Below are positions 34,077 through 44,670 of a DNA stretch of 64,000 nucleotides, piece by piece. The stretch lies in assembly GCA_963715645.1 (NCBI GenBank), contig OY970259.1, positions 1,272,545 to 1,336,544 on the forward strand, written 5' to 3'. Origin of the DNA: an uncultured Thermoplasmata archaeon. GTDB taxonomy: Archaea; Thermoplasmatota; Thermoplasmata; Lutacidiplasmatales; UBA184. Numbering within the stretch: position 1 is the stretch's first letter; the number at the start of each line of letters is the position of its first letter. The position numbers were made by a program, and so were the translations under genes. Below the pieces are notes generated by a model. It did no database searches, was not told where the DNA came from, and worked only from the letters and a program-made list of their open reading frames with translations.

Positions 34077-35860
34077 ATGGCGGAAGAGGAGATCCCACGC
34101 GACCCGCGCTGGGCGATCCCGCTCGCGGTCCTCGGCGCGGTCCTGCTCGCGGTCAGTCTGGTTCTGGGCCCAGCCGACCCTCATCGCGTTCCTCCTCATC
34201 GCCGTCGTCGATCTTCATCGTCCTCGGCGTCCTCTTCCTGGGCCTCTCCTACAGCGGGACGAAGTCGAAGCTCTACGGGCTGAAACCGCTCACCACGCGG
34301 ATGCCCGCGGTCACCCAGCCGAAGGGCCACGTCCACTTCCGCACGAAGATGTTCTGGACGATCGCGCGTCCTCCTGCTGTACTTCCTCCTCGACGAACAT
34401 CTACCTCTTCGGCGTCGACCAGGCGACGGTCATCGACCTGTTCGCCAGCTACCGCGCCATCCTCGCGGGGGCCCAGGGGACGCTGATGCACCTCGGCATC
34501 GGCCCGATCGTCACCGGGTCGATCATCATGCAACTGTTCACCGGCGCGAAGATCATCAACCTCGACCTCACGGACGACGAGGACAAGGGGACCTACCAGG
34601 GGACCCAGAAGGTCCTCGTCATCGCGATGATCTTCGTCGAGGCGGTCCCGCAGGTCTTCGGGTACCTCACCCCCTCGTCCTCGATCGTCACCAGCCTCGG
34701 CAGCGCCTCCCCGGGGAACGGCCTCCTCCTCGCCAACACGATCATCATCGCCCAGCTCGTCTTCGGCAGCTACCTCGTCTTCCTGATGGACGAGGTCGTC
34801 TCGAAGTGGGGGATCGGTAGCGGGATCTCGCTGTTCATCGCCGCCGGGGTCTCGCAGCAGATCGTCCAGGGGACGCTCAACTGGGTCCCGCAGAATCCCG
34901 TCCGTGGCGATCTCGGCCGTCGAACCCGCCCGAGCGGGGCGATCCCGAAGAGCGCTCTGGTTCCTGACCCACTACAGCGCCTAGCCAGATGGCGAGCGGG
35001 GGCTGGGAGCAGGTGCTCCTACGTCAGCCGAACCCGATCGTCGCTCTCGTCGGGACCGCCGCGATCTTCTTCCTCGTCGCCTGGACCGAATCGACCCGCA
35101 TCGAGCTGCCGCTCTCCCACGCCGAAGCGCGGGGGGCTCGCGGCCGCTACCCGCTGCGGCTGATCTACGCCTCGAACATCCCGGTCATCCTGATGAGCGC
35201 GCTGCTCGCGAACGTCTCGATCGTTCACGATCCTGCTCTGGTCGAACCCGACGCTCTCGCGCGTTCCCGCTGCTCGGCCACCAGTGGTGGGTCGGGTCGT
35301 ATCCGACGTCGCCGTGGCGACCAGGCATGGGGATCAGCCAGACCCAGCCCATCACTGGAGGGGCCTACTATCTCTCCACAGTCAACGGGCTGGAGTCATG
35401 GCTGTTGCCGATCCTGAACTTCCAGACAGTACGGCGGCTTCCTGTACGGCCACACGTGGTGGCAGGGGACTGATCCACGTCGCGGTCTACTTCTGCGCGA
35501 TGGTCGGCGGGTCGATCCTCTTCGCCAAGTTCTGGATCCAGACGACCAACATGGGCCCGGAGGCGGTCGCCCGCCAGATCGAGGCGTCCGGGATGCAGAT
35601 CCCCGGGTTCCGGCAGAGAGCCTCGCGTCCTGCGTCGGGTCCTGGAGCGGTACATTCCCGTCATCACGGTCATCTAGCGGGGCGGCGGTCGGGGCTCGCT
35701 GGCCGCGGGGGCGGACCTGATCGGGACGCTCGGCAACGCGAGCGGGACGGGCGTCCTGCTGATGGTGGGGATCATCATCAACCTCTACGAGGCGATGGGC
35801 CGCGAGCAGCTGATGGAGATGAACCCGCTCCTGCGCCGCTTCCTCGGAGGCGAGTCGTAG
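34077..35860 (+). pseudogene. secY: preprotein translocase SecY with about 60 extra N-terminal residues (two predicted TM helices), at least 8 frame breaks
   Basis: ..KLYGLKPLTTRMPAVTQPKGHVHFRTKMFWT.. aligns with canonical archaeal SecY N-termini. Also ..GTLMHLGIGPIVTGSIIMQLF.., ..LMDEVVSKWGIGSGISLFIAAGV.., ..YPLRLIYASNIPVILMSALLAN.., ..[25 protein letters not shown]... Stop TAG 35858-35860. Confidence 0.9.
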
Positions 35861-35861
35861 G

Positions 35862-36757
35862 ATGGCGGGGCCCGGGCGCGCCGCTGCCCTCCGGAGGCCC
35901 GCGGCGGTCGAGGACGTGACCCCCGAAAGCGAGCTGACCGAGGGGGCGGCCGACTCCCCACTGCTCGAGACCCTGCCGGTAGAGTCGGACGAGGCTCCCG
36001 AGGGGTCCGAGCCGACCGAGGCCACGCCGGCCCCTCGGCCCGCTGCGCCCCGGCCCGACCTTCAAGATCTCGACGTTCATTATACGTCTTCCTGGGCCTG
36101 CTCGGCCTCTTGATGCTCATCGAGACCGGAGCGCCGCAAGCCAGTCGCCAGGAGCGCTGGGGATCAGCCCCGATCCCTCGCGGGCCGCTCTACTCGCGAT
36201 AGGGTTCTCGTCGCAGCTACCTGCTCGCTCACGATGGCCGATCGCCGGGGCGATCGAGATGGCCGTCACCGCGTTCGCCTACAACTTCACTACCGACTGG
36301 GTCAAGCAGGCGAAGGTCGCAGAAGTGGAGCGGCGTTCCGGAAGGTCCAGATGGCGGCGGTCCGCTCCGGGAAGAAGGACCGGATCGCGGCGCTCAAGCC
36401 GCCACCAGGAGCGGCTCACGCGCCTCTCGAGCGAGGTGTCGATCGCCCAGTTCAAGGGGATGGCCATCACCTACTTCCTGCTCATCCTGATCTACACCTG
36501 GGTCGGGCTCGTGATCAGCAACGCGGGCCTCGCCCGCAGACGATCTCCCTCGGCGGCGGTGTCGATTGCACCTGATGAACCCGATATTCGGCAGTCTCCC
36601 GATCCCGTGGTGGTTCCTGATCTTCAGCCTCTACACCGTCCCGTTCTCGCTGGTCTTCCGGCGCGTCCTGAAGCACTTCTGGGTCCGGCGCTACGCGCGC
36701 GAGCACCACGTCCAGCCGGTCGCCCCGGCTCACGCGGCGGCCGGGGGTCCGGCGTGA
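35862..36757 (+). pseudogene. DUF106 / EMC3-TMCO1-like membrane insertase homologue (archaeal YidC/Oxa1-like), frame breaks
   Basis: Acidic N-terminal region, then ..MAVTAFAYNFTTDWVKQAKVAEVE.., ..KKDRIAALK.., ..LSSEVSIAQFKGMAITYFLLILIYTWVG.., ..MNPIFGSLPIPWWFLIFSLYTVPFSLVFRRVLK... Usual position after secY; no adenylate kinase gene in between. Confidence 0.7.
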
Positions 36758-37330
36758 TCCGACCGGGTCGTCGCGATCGGCGGGCCCCCGGGGAGCGGGA
36801 AGTCGACCGCCGGGCGACTGGTCGCCGAAGACGCTCGGCCTCGAGTTCCGCTCGGCCGGGGAGGTCTTCCGGGCGGAGGCCACGGCCCGCGGCTCGACGT
36901 CGGAGGCGTTCGGACGCTATGCGGAGGCGCACCCCGAGGTCGACCGGGAGCTCGACCGAGCGGATGCAGGAGCTGGCCCGCCCCGGACGGCTGGTCGAGG
37001 GGCGGATCCAGGGCGCGCTGTGCCGGGAGGACGGCCGACCCGTGTACGCGATCGTCGTGACCGCTGCCGAGGAGGAGCGGGTGCGTCGGGTCGCCGAGCG
37101 AGACGGTCAGTGCCTCGAGGAGGCGCTCCGGCGGATCCGGGAGCGGGCGGACAGCGAGCGGGACCGGTACCTCCGAAGTTCTACGGCCTCGACCCGGATC
37201 GCGAGCGCGCCGGACCTCACGGTCGACTCGACCCACCTCCCTCCCGCCGGGCGTCGCCGCCGCGATCACGGATACGTCCAGTCGCGCCCGCCCGGAGAGA
37301 CCCGGCGACGGCCGGCTCCCCGCCGGCGGT
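36754..37330 (+). pseudogene. cmk: cytidylate kinase (archaeal type), frame breaks; 3' end not resolvable
   Basis: GTGA overlap with the DUF106 stop. Frame-corrected ..VVAIGGPPGSGKSTAGRLVAE.., ..RMQELARPGRLVEGRIQGAL..VYAIVVTAAEEERVRRVAERDG.., ..DLTVDSTHL... Confidence 0.75.
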
Positions 37331-37333
37331 CGC

Positions 37334-38275
37334 GTGGCCGGCCCCGTCGCCGAACGTCTCGCCGCGGGCGCGTTCCTCCTCGATCGACAAGCCACGGGGC
37401 CCCTCGTCCCACCAGGTCACCGCCTGGGCGCGCGACCTCTCTGGGGCTCAGCCTCGCCGGCCACGCGGGGACGCTCGACCCGAACGTCTCCGGGCTGCTC
37501 TGGGTCGGAGTCGGTCCGGCCCTCAAGCTGCTGCCCCTCGTCCTCGAGTTCCCGAAGCGGTACATCGCCGCGGTCAACTTCCACGCCCCGGTGCCCCGGC
37601 GCGACCTCGACCGGCTCGTCGGCCGAGTTCACCGGGCCGGTCTACCAGACCCCGCCCGGTACGCTCGGCCGTAAAGCGGGAGCGGCGGGTCCGCACGATC
37701 CATCGCCTCACCGTGGTCGAGGTCAGACGGGACCCGCGTCCTGCTCGACATCGTCGCGGACTCGGGGACCTACATCCGGACCCTCGCGGTCGACCTCGGC
37801 GAGGCGTTCGGGACGGGGGGCCACCTCGAGGAGCTACGCCGCGTCTCCACCGGCCCGTTCGACGAGGGGCAGTCGGTCCCGCTCACCGCGCTCGCCGACG
37901 GCGTCTCCGCCGCGCGGGCGGGGGACCCGACCGCGCTCCTCGAGCTGCTGCACCCGATCGAGGAGGTGTGGCGGGAGTTCCCCACCATCGTCCTCAAGGA
38001 CGGGGCGGCGAGCGCGGTCGCGCACGGAGCCGGCCTGGCGAAGGGCGGGATCCTGGCGCTGCCGCAGCCGTTCCCGAAAGGGGCCCGCGTCGCCCTCGTG
38101 ACGCGGACCAACACCCTCATCGCGACCGGGGTCGCCCAGCACGATTCGAAGGAGGTCGGGAGCGTCCGCCACGGGTGGGTCGTCGACGAGACCCGGGTCT
38201 TCGTGGACGCGGACCGGTACCCCGGCCCAGTGGCGTCGGCCCCGTCCGGGGTCGGCGGTCGCGCCGGTCCGGTAG
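37334..38275 (+). pseudogene. truB: tRNA/rRNA pseudouridine synthase Cbf5 (TruB family) with PUA domain, frame breaks
   Basis: ..IDKPRGPSSHQVTAWARDL.., ..LAGHAGTLDPNVSGLLWVGVGPALKLL..KRYIAAV.., ..FTGPVYQTPP.., ..SAVKRERRVRTIH.., ..SGTYIRTLAVDLGEAFGTGGHLEELRRVSTGPF.., PUA ..FPTIVLKDGAASAVAHGAGLAKGGI... Confidence 0.85.
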
Positions 38276-38304
38276 GGTTATCTTCCCCCTCCCTCCGGCC
38301 GAGC

Positions 38305-41300
38305 GTGCGCTCGCGAGGCCCCGAGCACCCGACGGCAGGATCCCGGCTGTTCGGGGGGCTGGCCCGGGGGATCGTCCGGCACCCATGGTACCCGGTCATC
38401 TTCTGGGTCGCCCTGCTCGTGGTGGTCCTACCGTTCCTCCCCCTGCTCGGGTCGGTGACGACCAACTCGACCGAGGCCCTCCCCTCGAACGCGCCGAGCG
38501 CGGTCGCCAACGCCGAGCTCGCCCGCCTCTTCCCCCAAGCGAGCGGCGGCTCCTCGAGCATCCTGTTGTTCGTCGGGACGAACCTGACGGACCCGAACGG
38601 GCAGGGGGTCATCGAGAACGTCACCACGACCCTCGTCCACGACCCGTCGTTGCCCGAGCTCTCCGGGGTCAGCAGCGTCTACACCAGCTACGCGGGATAC
38701 CTCGCGGGGCAGCTCGAGGTCGCCGGCGGCGCGATCGGAGCGGCGCTCCGCTCCTCCACCCCGCTGCCGAGCGCCGTGAACAAGACGGCCGGGCTGCTCT
38801 GGGGGCCGCCGGCGACGTTCCTCGCGACGTGGTCGAGTCTCGCCGGGAACTCCACGATGAACGCCTCCGGGTCCAACTACCCCGCGCTCCGGGCCACGGA
38901 GGCGACGCTCGCGAACGACAGCAGCGGATTGGCGGTCCTGAGCGCCTTCTACAGCGGCTACGGCGGCTCGTCCGCCGGGTTCAACGGGACGCCCGCGTGC
39001 GCGGCCGACCCTCGCACGGTTCTGCCGTGCGCCGACGACGTGGCGCGCGCTCAGGAGGCGCCCCTCGTGCCCTCGCTCGTTCCCGTGCCCGCCCAGCGGG
39101 TCGTCCCCGACGCCGTGCTCGGAGGGCTCGGCGTGACGAACTTCACCCTCTGGCCGGCCGGTACCGAGGGACCGCCGCGGCCATCGTGGGCGAGCAGGTG
39201 GGGTTCCCGGGCCGGTGGGTCGCGACCGTCTGGTCGGCTTTCCCATCGGGCTCGGTGACCGCCTCCGAAGCGCTGGCCTGGGCGAATGCGACGGTGGCGA
39301 ACGACACGCTCTGGAGCGAGCCGCTGCCGGTCCCCCACGCCATCCTCTCCCAGTTCGTCGGGGTCGCCGGGACCGCCTCGCTGATCTCCGTCTCCTTCGC
39401 GGTCGACGACTCCTTCACGAACGCGAGCGGGGGGACCCCGGTCTTCTCCGACCTCAGCCCGGATCGACCACGACGTGTGGGCCCGTGCTGTCGAGCTCCG
39501 ACCGCACCCACTCGCTGCGGTACTACCAGACCGGGACGGCTCCCCTCGACCAGCTCACCAACACGATCGTGAACGCATCGCTCGAGCTCGTCCTGCCCCT
39601 CACGGTGGGCCTCCTGCTGGTCATCTCTATGGCGTACTTCCGGTCCCCCCTGACCCCACTCGCCACGTTCGCCGGGCTCGGGGTCGCGCTCACCCTCGCC
39701 CTCGGCGGGACGATCCTCCTCGGCCGGCTGTTCGGGCCGGTCGACACGACCTCGCTGACCCTCGAGGAGGTGTTCGTCCTCGGGGTCGGGACCGACTACT
39801 CGATCTTCCTGGTGGCCCGGTACCGGGAGGAACTGCATCGCGGACGTTCGTCGGACGAGGCGATCGAGCAGTCGCTGGCCTGGGCGGGCCAATCGGTCGC
39901 GACCAGCGGCTCGACCGCGATCATCGCCACGCTGGCGCTCACCTTCAGCGGGGTGGCGCTCCTCTCGCAGTGGGGCCGGGTCCTCTCGTTCGCCATCCTG
40001 ATCACTATCCTGCTGTCCCTCACCCTCGTCCCCGCGTTCTTGAAGCTGATCGGGCCCCGCATCTTCTGGCCCGACAGCGGGCGCGGTTCGAGCAGCGGTC
40101 GGGCCGGACCGAATGCACGGATCCGGGGAGGGAAGCACGTACTTCTACCGGGTGGGGCGCCTCACCCAACGGCGGCCGCTCGCCGTCCTCGGAGTCCTGC
40201 TCCTCGTCAGCGTCCCGCTGGTCCTCCTCGCCCTCGAGGTTCCCCTCGCGTACGATTTCTACGGACAGCTGCCGAGCGGCCACCCCGCTTCCGACGGGCT
40301 GAGCGCGCTCGTACGCGCACTACGGCAGCGGCTTCGCGACACCCTCGTTCGCGCTGGTGACGTTCGCCCGTCCGCTCGTAGTGGGGAACCAGACGGATGC
40401 GGGCGAGTTCGTCGGACCTTGCGGCGCTCACATCGGTCGCAGAGAACACGTCCGGGATCGCCGTCGGTCCAGTCGCCCGTCGGGCTCCTTCGGTGCCCCT
40501 CTCTCCGAGTGGGAGAACTTGTCCCGCCTCCCACGGCGCCCCAGGAGAACCTGCTCGGGGTCCTGGGGGGGTTCGTCGGCACCGACGGTCGGACCGTCCT
40601 GGTCACGCTCCAGCCGACCACGACCGGCCTCTCGTCCGGGGCGGTCGACGTCGGTCCGAGCCGTTCAGTCGAGCTTCGTCGCCTTTCAGTCCTCCCACGC
40701 CGAGGTGACCCGGCTCGCCTTCGGTGGGGGCGCTCCCACGATCGGGGACCTCGCCGACGACACGGCGACGGCCACCGACCTCCTGATCGTCGCCGTGACG
40801 ATCGGGCTCGCTCGTGCTCCTGATCGCGGTCCTGCGCTCGTGGATCATCGCCGCTGATGGCGGTCGCCACGATCGGCCTGTCGATCTCGCTGGGCCTGGG
40901 CGGTCACCGTACCTCGTCTTCCAGCAGCGTCTCGGCTTCCCGCTGTTCTTCTACGTCCGGACGATCCTGTTCCTCCTCGATCCTGGGCCTCGGGATCGAC
41001 TACAACATCTTCCTGCTGACCCGGGTCCGGGAGGAGCGGGTGAAGGGCGCCTCTACGAGCGAGGCGGTGGTCACGGCGGTCGGCCGCACCGGCGGGATCA
41101 TCACCGCCGCCGCGATCATCCTCGCGAGCGCGTTCGCGGCCCTCGCTGGTCGGAGAGTTCACCCTCATTCGCGCGATCGGGTTCTCGGTCGCAATCGCCG
41201 TCGTGCTGGACGCGATGGTCGTCCGGACCTTCCTGGTCCCGTCGGCGCTCCAGCTGCTGGGGGACCGGGCGTGGAGCATGCTGGGTCGCAGGCGTGTGGG

Positions 41301-41375
41301 CGGGAACGGCGTGTCGGCCCCCTCGGACCCTCGCCCTGGTGCCGTCGGGCCCGGCGCCGACGATGCCTACCCCGT
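38305..41375 (+). pseudogene. MMPL / RND-superfamily membrane transporter (about 1020 aa), many frame breaks
   Basis: ..LFGGLARGIVRHPWYPVIFWVALLVVVLPFL.., two MMPL-type TM bundles ..VLGVGTDYSIFLVARYREEL.. and ..ILGLGIDYNIFLLTRVREE.., plus large loops with many N-x-S/T sequons. TTATCTT lies 24 nt upstream of the GTG at 38305. Confidence 0.8.
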
Positions 41376-41810
41376 AAGGAACCGGGCGCGTGCGCGCTCA
41401 AGGTGGAGGTCGGCCGAGGAGTTGTCGACGATCTCTGCGACCTTCCCGTCCGTCTCGACCAGGAAAGTGACCCTACGGGCGGTTCCGCTCGGGCGCAGGA
41501 CACCGAACGTCCGGGCGACCTCCTTCTTCGAGTCGGCCAGCAGGGTGAAGGAGAGACCCGTACTTCGTCGCGAACGCCTTCTGGGCGGGGCAGTCGTCGG
41601 TGCTCACGCCGACGACCTGGACGCCCTTGGCGCGGTACTCGGGCGAGCTCGTCCCGGAACCCTTTCGCCTCGATCGTGCAGCCGGGGGTGTCGGCGGCCG
41701 GGTAGAAGTACAGTACCTACCCTCTGTCCCCGGAGCGAGTCGGACGAAAACGGGGCGCCGTCCTGGGTGGGGGCGGCGAACTTGGGGAGCTTGTCTCCGA
41801 CGGCGACCAT
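41367..41810 (-). pseudogene. bcp: peroxiredoxin, Bcp/AhpC-TSA family, frame breaks
   Basis: MVAVGDKLPKFAAPTQDGAPFSSDSLRGQR.., frame-corrected ..VLYFYPAADTPGCTIEA.., ..YRAKGVQVVGVSTDDCPAQKAFATKYG.., ..VTFLVETDGKVAEIV... CAAATAG box 24 nt upstream of the ATG. Confidence 0.85.
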
Positions 41811-41846
41811 TGGCCCTTGAGCGCCCGTCGCTATTTGAGGTCGCTC

Positions 41847-41868
41847 CGGCGTCCCTCCCCGGACGCCG
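41847..41868 (-). terminator. 8-bp GC hairpin downstream of the Lrp/AsnC-like gene
   Basis: CGGCGTCC-CTCCCC-GGACGCCG, about 95 nt past the stop at 41962. Confidence 0.25.
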
Positions 41869-41961
41869 CGACCGAGGTGGGTCTCCTCGCGCCCGGAGCG
41901 CCCCCAGACACCGAGCGGGGACGTTCGGTGGTGGCACCTTGGGCTACGAAGACGCGCCGAC

Positions 41962-42198
41962 CTAGCTGGTGGCCACCGTGACCAGGGTCTCGGTGGACTT
42001 GATCCCTGGGACGCGTCGGATCTTGTGGACCACGGTGTCGAGCGCGGCGTTGAGATGCGCCGCTTGCACCTTCACGATCAGGTCGAAGGGGCCCGTGACG
42101 GCCTCGACCTCGACCACGCCGGGGATGGCCCGAAGCCGCTGGAGCACAGCTTCGAGCTGGCCCACCTCGGTCTCGATGAGCAGGTAGAGCGTCTCCAT
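41962..42198 (-). CDS. stand-alone Lrp/AsnC ligand-binding (RAM) domain protein
   Basis: METLYLLIETEVGQLEAVLQRLRAIPGVVEVEAVTGPFDLIVKVQAAHLNAALDTVVHKIRRVPGIKSTETLVTV. No HTH domain in the ORF. Confidence 0.75.
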   Translation of the reverse strand: METLYLLIETEVGQLEAVLQRLRAIPGVVEVEAVTGPFDLIVKVQAAHLNAALDTVVHKIRRVPGIKSTETLVTVATS

Positions 42199-42297
42199 CG
42201 GGGATTCGAACCCCCTACGGACCCCCCCCAAATCAACTTACCGGAGCCTCCCGCCTCCCAAAGAGCTAAAGTCGGCGCGGCCGGCTCCGGCTCGGCC

Positions 42298-43520
42298 ATG
42301 GACCTCCTGCTCCGCGACACCCTTTCGGGACGGGCGAAGCCCGTGCGGCACCGCAAGGGCCAGCCGGTCGGCATCTATGTCTGCGGTCCGACCGTCTACG
42401 ACGGGGCCCACGTCGGGCACGCGCGGACCTACCTATTCTTCGACCTGGTCCGCCGCCACTTCGAGGCCGAGAACATCGCGGTGCGCCACGTCATGAACGT
42501 GACGAACTTCGAGGACAAGATCGACGCCCGGGCCGCCCAGCTCCAGCTCTCCTGGCGGTCGCTCGCCCTACGCGAAGAGGCCGGGTTCCTGCGCGACCTC
42601 CGTGCGCTTCGCATCCTGGCCCCGCATTTCCGGCCCCGAGCGAGTGCCTTCGTCCCGCAGATGACCGAGGTCGCCCGTCGCCTCGCCCGTACCGGCCGCG
42701 TCCACCGACAGGGCGACGAGTGGCTGTCACACTCCCGCCCGTGCGACCTCGGGGGGTGAACTTCGCCACCGCGGCCGACCTGGCGGCGCACGCGGTCCAC
42801 GAGTCGGGGCACCCGTTCCCCCTGGGGGACGGCGCGGCCGGGGAGTTCATGGTCTGGAAGCTGCAGGACCGGCCGCGACCGTCGTGGCCGGGCCCGTGGG
42901 GCCGGGGGACCCCCGGCTGGCATCTCGAGTGTTACGCGATGGCGAACCAGCTGATTGGGCTGCCCGTGGATGTCCACGGGGGAGGGACCGACCTGATCTT
43001 CCCCCATCACTATGCGGAGAACGAGGTCGCGCTGGCCCTCCGCCACCGACCGTTCGCCCGCATCTTCCTCCATCCGGGCCTGGTCCTCTGGGAGGGCGCC
43101 AAGATGTCGAAGTCGAGGGGGAACCTCGTCCCACTCCGCGCGGCCCTCGAGGAGGCCGGGCCCGACGCCCTGCGTTGGTACCTGCTCGGGCGGCCTCCCA
43201 CCGACCGGTTCCACTGGACCCCAGAGGGGGCTCGGCGCTCGGCGGCCGAGTGGCGCCGCATCCAGCGCACGCTCCAGCTCTGGCTCAAGCCCGGTGCGGG
43301 CGGTCGGGTCGGCTCGCTCCGGGCCCGCGCGGTCGCCCAGGAGGTGCGCTGGGACCTCGCCGCGGACCTCGCGACCGACCGCGTGTTCGACCACCTGCGG
43401 TCGTGGGTGGCGGCGATCGAGGGGGATCCCTCGGGCCATGTCCCGTACGGGGAGCGGGGGGCTGCCGCGGCGGCCCTGCGCGACGTGGAGCGTCGGACCG
43501 GGCTGCAGATCCTCCGGTAG
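42298..43520 (+). pseudogene. cysS: cysteine--tRNA ligase, one frame break near 42720
   Basis: ..GIYVCGPTVYDGAHVGHARTY.. (HIGH-type), ..GWHLECYAM..VHGGGTDLIFPHH.., KMSKSRGN. Corrected length about 407 aa. Confidence 0.9.
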
Positions 43521-43530
43521 CGGGGCGCGG

Positions 43531-44670
43531 CTACAGGACGCCCATCTCGGCGAGCTTCTCGGGCAGGTAGTGCTCGGTCACGTAGTTGAGCCCATACTTC
43601 GCCAGCGACTGCTGCTCCGCCTTCTTCCCGTTCTTGAGCATCAGCTCAATCTCCGCCCGCCACTCCGCCGTGGCGAACCGGGGGTCCGTGAGCTCCGCCT
43701 GCAACGCGCGGATATCCTGCTCGGAGAGATGGTCGGAGGGAAGGTCGTAGTTCTCGATGTCGGAGGCGGTCACCCCGAGGAACTCCGCGGAGGGGGTCGC
43801 GAGGTAGTTCGAGAGGTGCGCGGTCTTGATCGCCCCGTAGGCAACGCTCGCGTAGATGCGGAACGACCACGGGTCGCCGTCCGTGAAGACGACGATCGGG
43901 AGCTTGAGCTCGTCCGTGACCCGCCGGAGGAATCGTCGCGTGGAGCGGGCCGGCTGCCCCTTGAGGTGGACCAAGATCGCGTCGTGCTGCTCGTCGAACC
44001 CGTTCTCCGCGAGGCGGTCGACCATGCCGCCGCACTCGATCGCGATCACGAACTTCGCGCTCGTCTTCACGAAGTCGATCTTCTCCTTCTCGACGTTGAA
44101 CGGGAGGGAGTACCCTCCATCGCCGACGTCGTCCCGGCAGTTGATCGTCTTGACCACGCCCTTGCGGTTCCGTTCCCGCAGGGTCAGGTCGCCGATCACC
44201 GAGGCCCCGTTCTCCTCGGGGTGGAGCCGGAAGTCCTCCCGGAGGCGCTCGCACATCACCTCGAGGTCCTCGATGAGGAGGTTCGACTCGTCCTCACTGT
44301 GGAACTTGGCCTCCTGCCAGGCCTCGCTGATGTAGTAGAGCTCCCGGAGCGTGGAGGTCTTCCGGTCCCGGGCCATCTCGTTGATGAAATCGACGAGGTA
44401 GAACGTCCGCAGGAGCATCAGCGCGCCGTCCAGCTTGCGCGCGCTGCGCGTGCCCATCTGGCGGCCCAGCTTCCAGACGCCCTCGCGCATCCGGAACTCG
44501 AGGTTCTGTTTCGTCCGGAGGGGGAGGCGCATGTGGGGGATCTCCCCGCGGTCGAGCTGGTTCCAGATCTCCCCCGCGAGGGCGAGGGTCGGCTGGAGTG
44601 CGTCGGCCCGGATCTTCGGCTCGTCGGGCTCACTCGTCTTCGCTGGCGCTCGCGCTCGACTCGGCGGCAT
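43531..44670 (-). CDS. top6A: DNA topoisomerase VI subunit A (Spo11 family)
   Basis: Intact 379 aa. ..STLRELYYISE.., Toprim ..FVIAIECGGM.. and ..VVFTDGDPWSFRIY.., ..KAEQQSLAKYG... Confidence 0.95.
   Translation of the reverse strand: MPPSRARAPAKTSEPDEPKIRADALQPTLALAGEIWNQLDRGEIPHMRLPLRTKQNLEFRMREGVWKLGRQMGTRSARKLDGALMLLRTFYLVDFINEMARDRKTSTLRELYYISEAWQEAKFHSEDESNLLIEDLEVMCERLREDFRLHPEENGASVIGDLTLRERNRKGVVKTINCRDDVGDGGYSLPFNVEKEKIDFVKTSAKFVIAIECGGMVDRLAENGFDEQHDAILVHLKGQPARSTRRFLRRVTDELKLPIVVFTDGDPWSFRIYASVAYGAIKTAHLSNYLATPSAEFLGVTASDIENYDLPSDHLSEQDIRALQAELTDPRFATAEWRAEIELMLKNGKKAEQQSLAKYGLNYVTEHYLPEKLAEMGVL

Noticed and set aside
34259-34261. ACG codons exactly where a start codon is expected, at the canonical SecY N-terminus (34259-34261) and at nuoL (55298-55300, minus strand). 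This hints at ACG initiation or C-to-U editing.
   Set aside because: There are only two cases. ACG is a common Thr codon at this GC content, and the surrounding sequence is demonstrably error-prone. There is no further support.
42298-43520. CysRS looks short (about 407 aa) compared with typical enzymes of about 460 aa.
   Set aside because: The HIGH and KMSKS motifs and a C-terminal helical region are present. The difference is within the range of family variation and cannot be judged without alignment.
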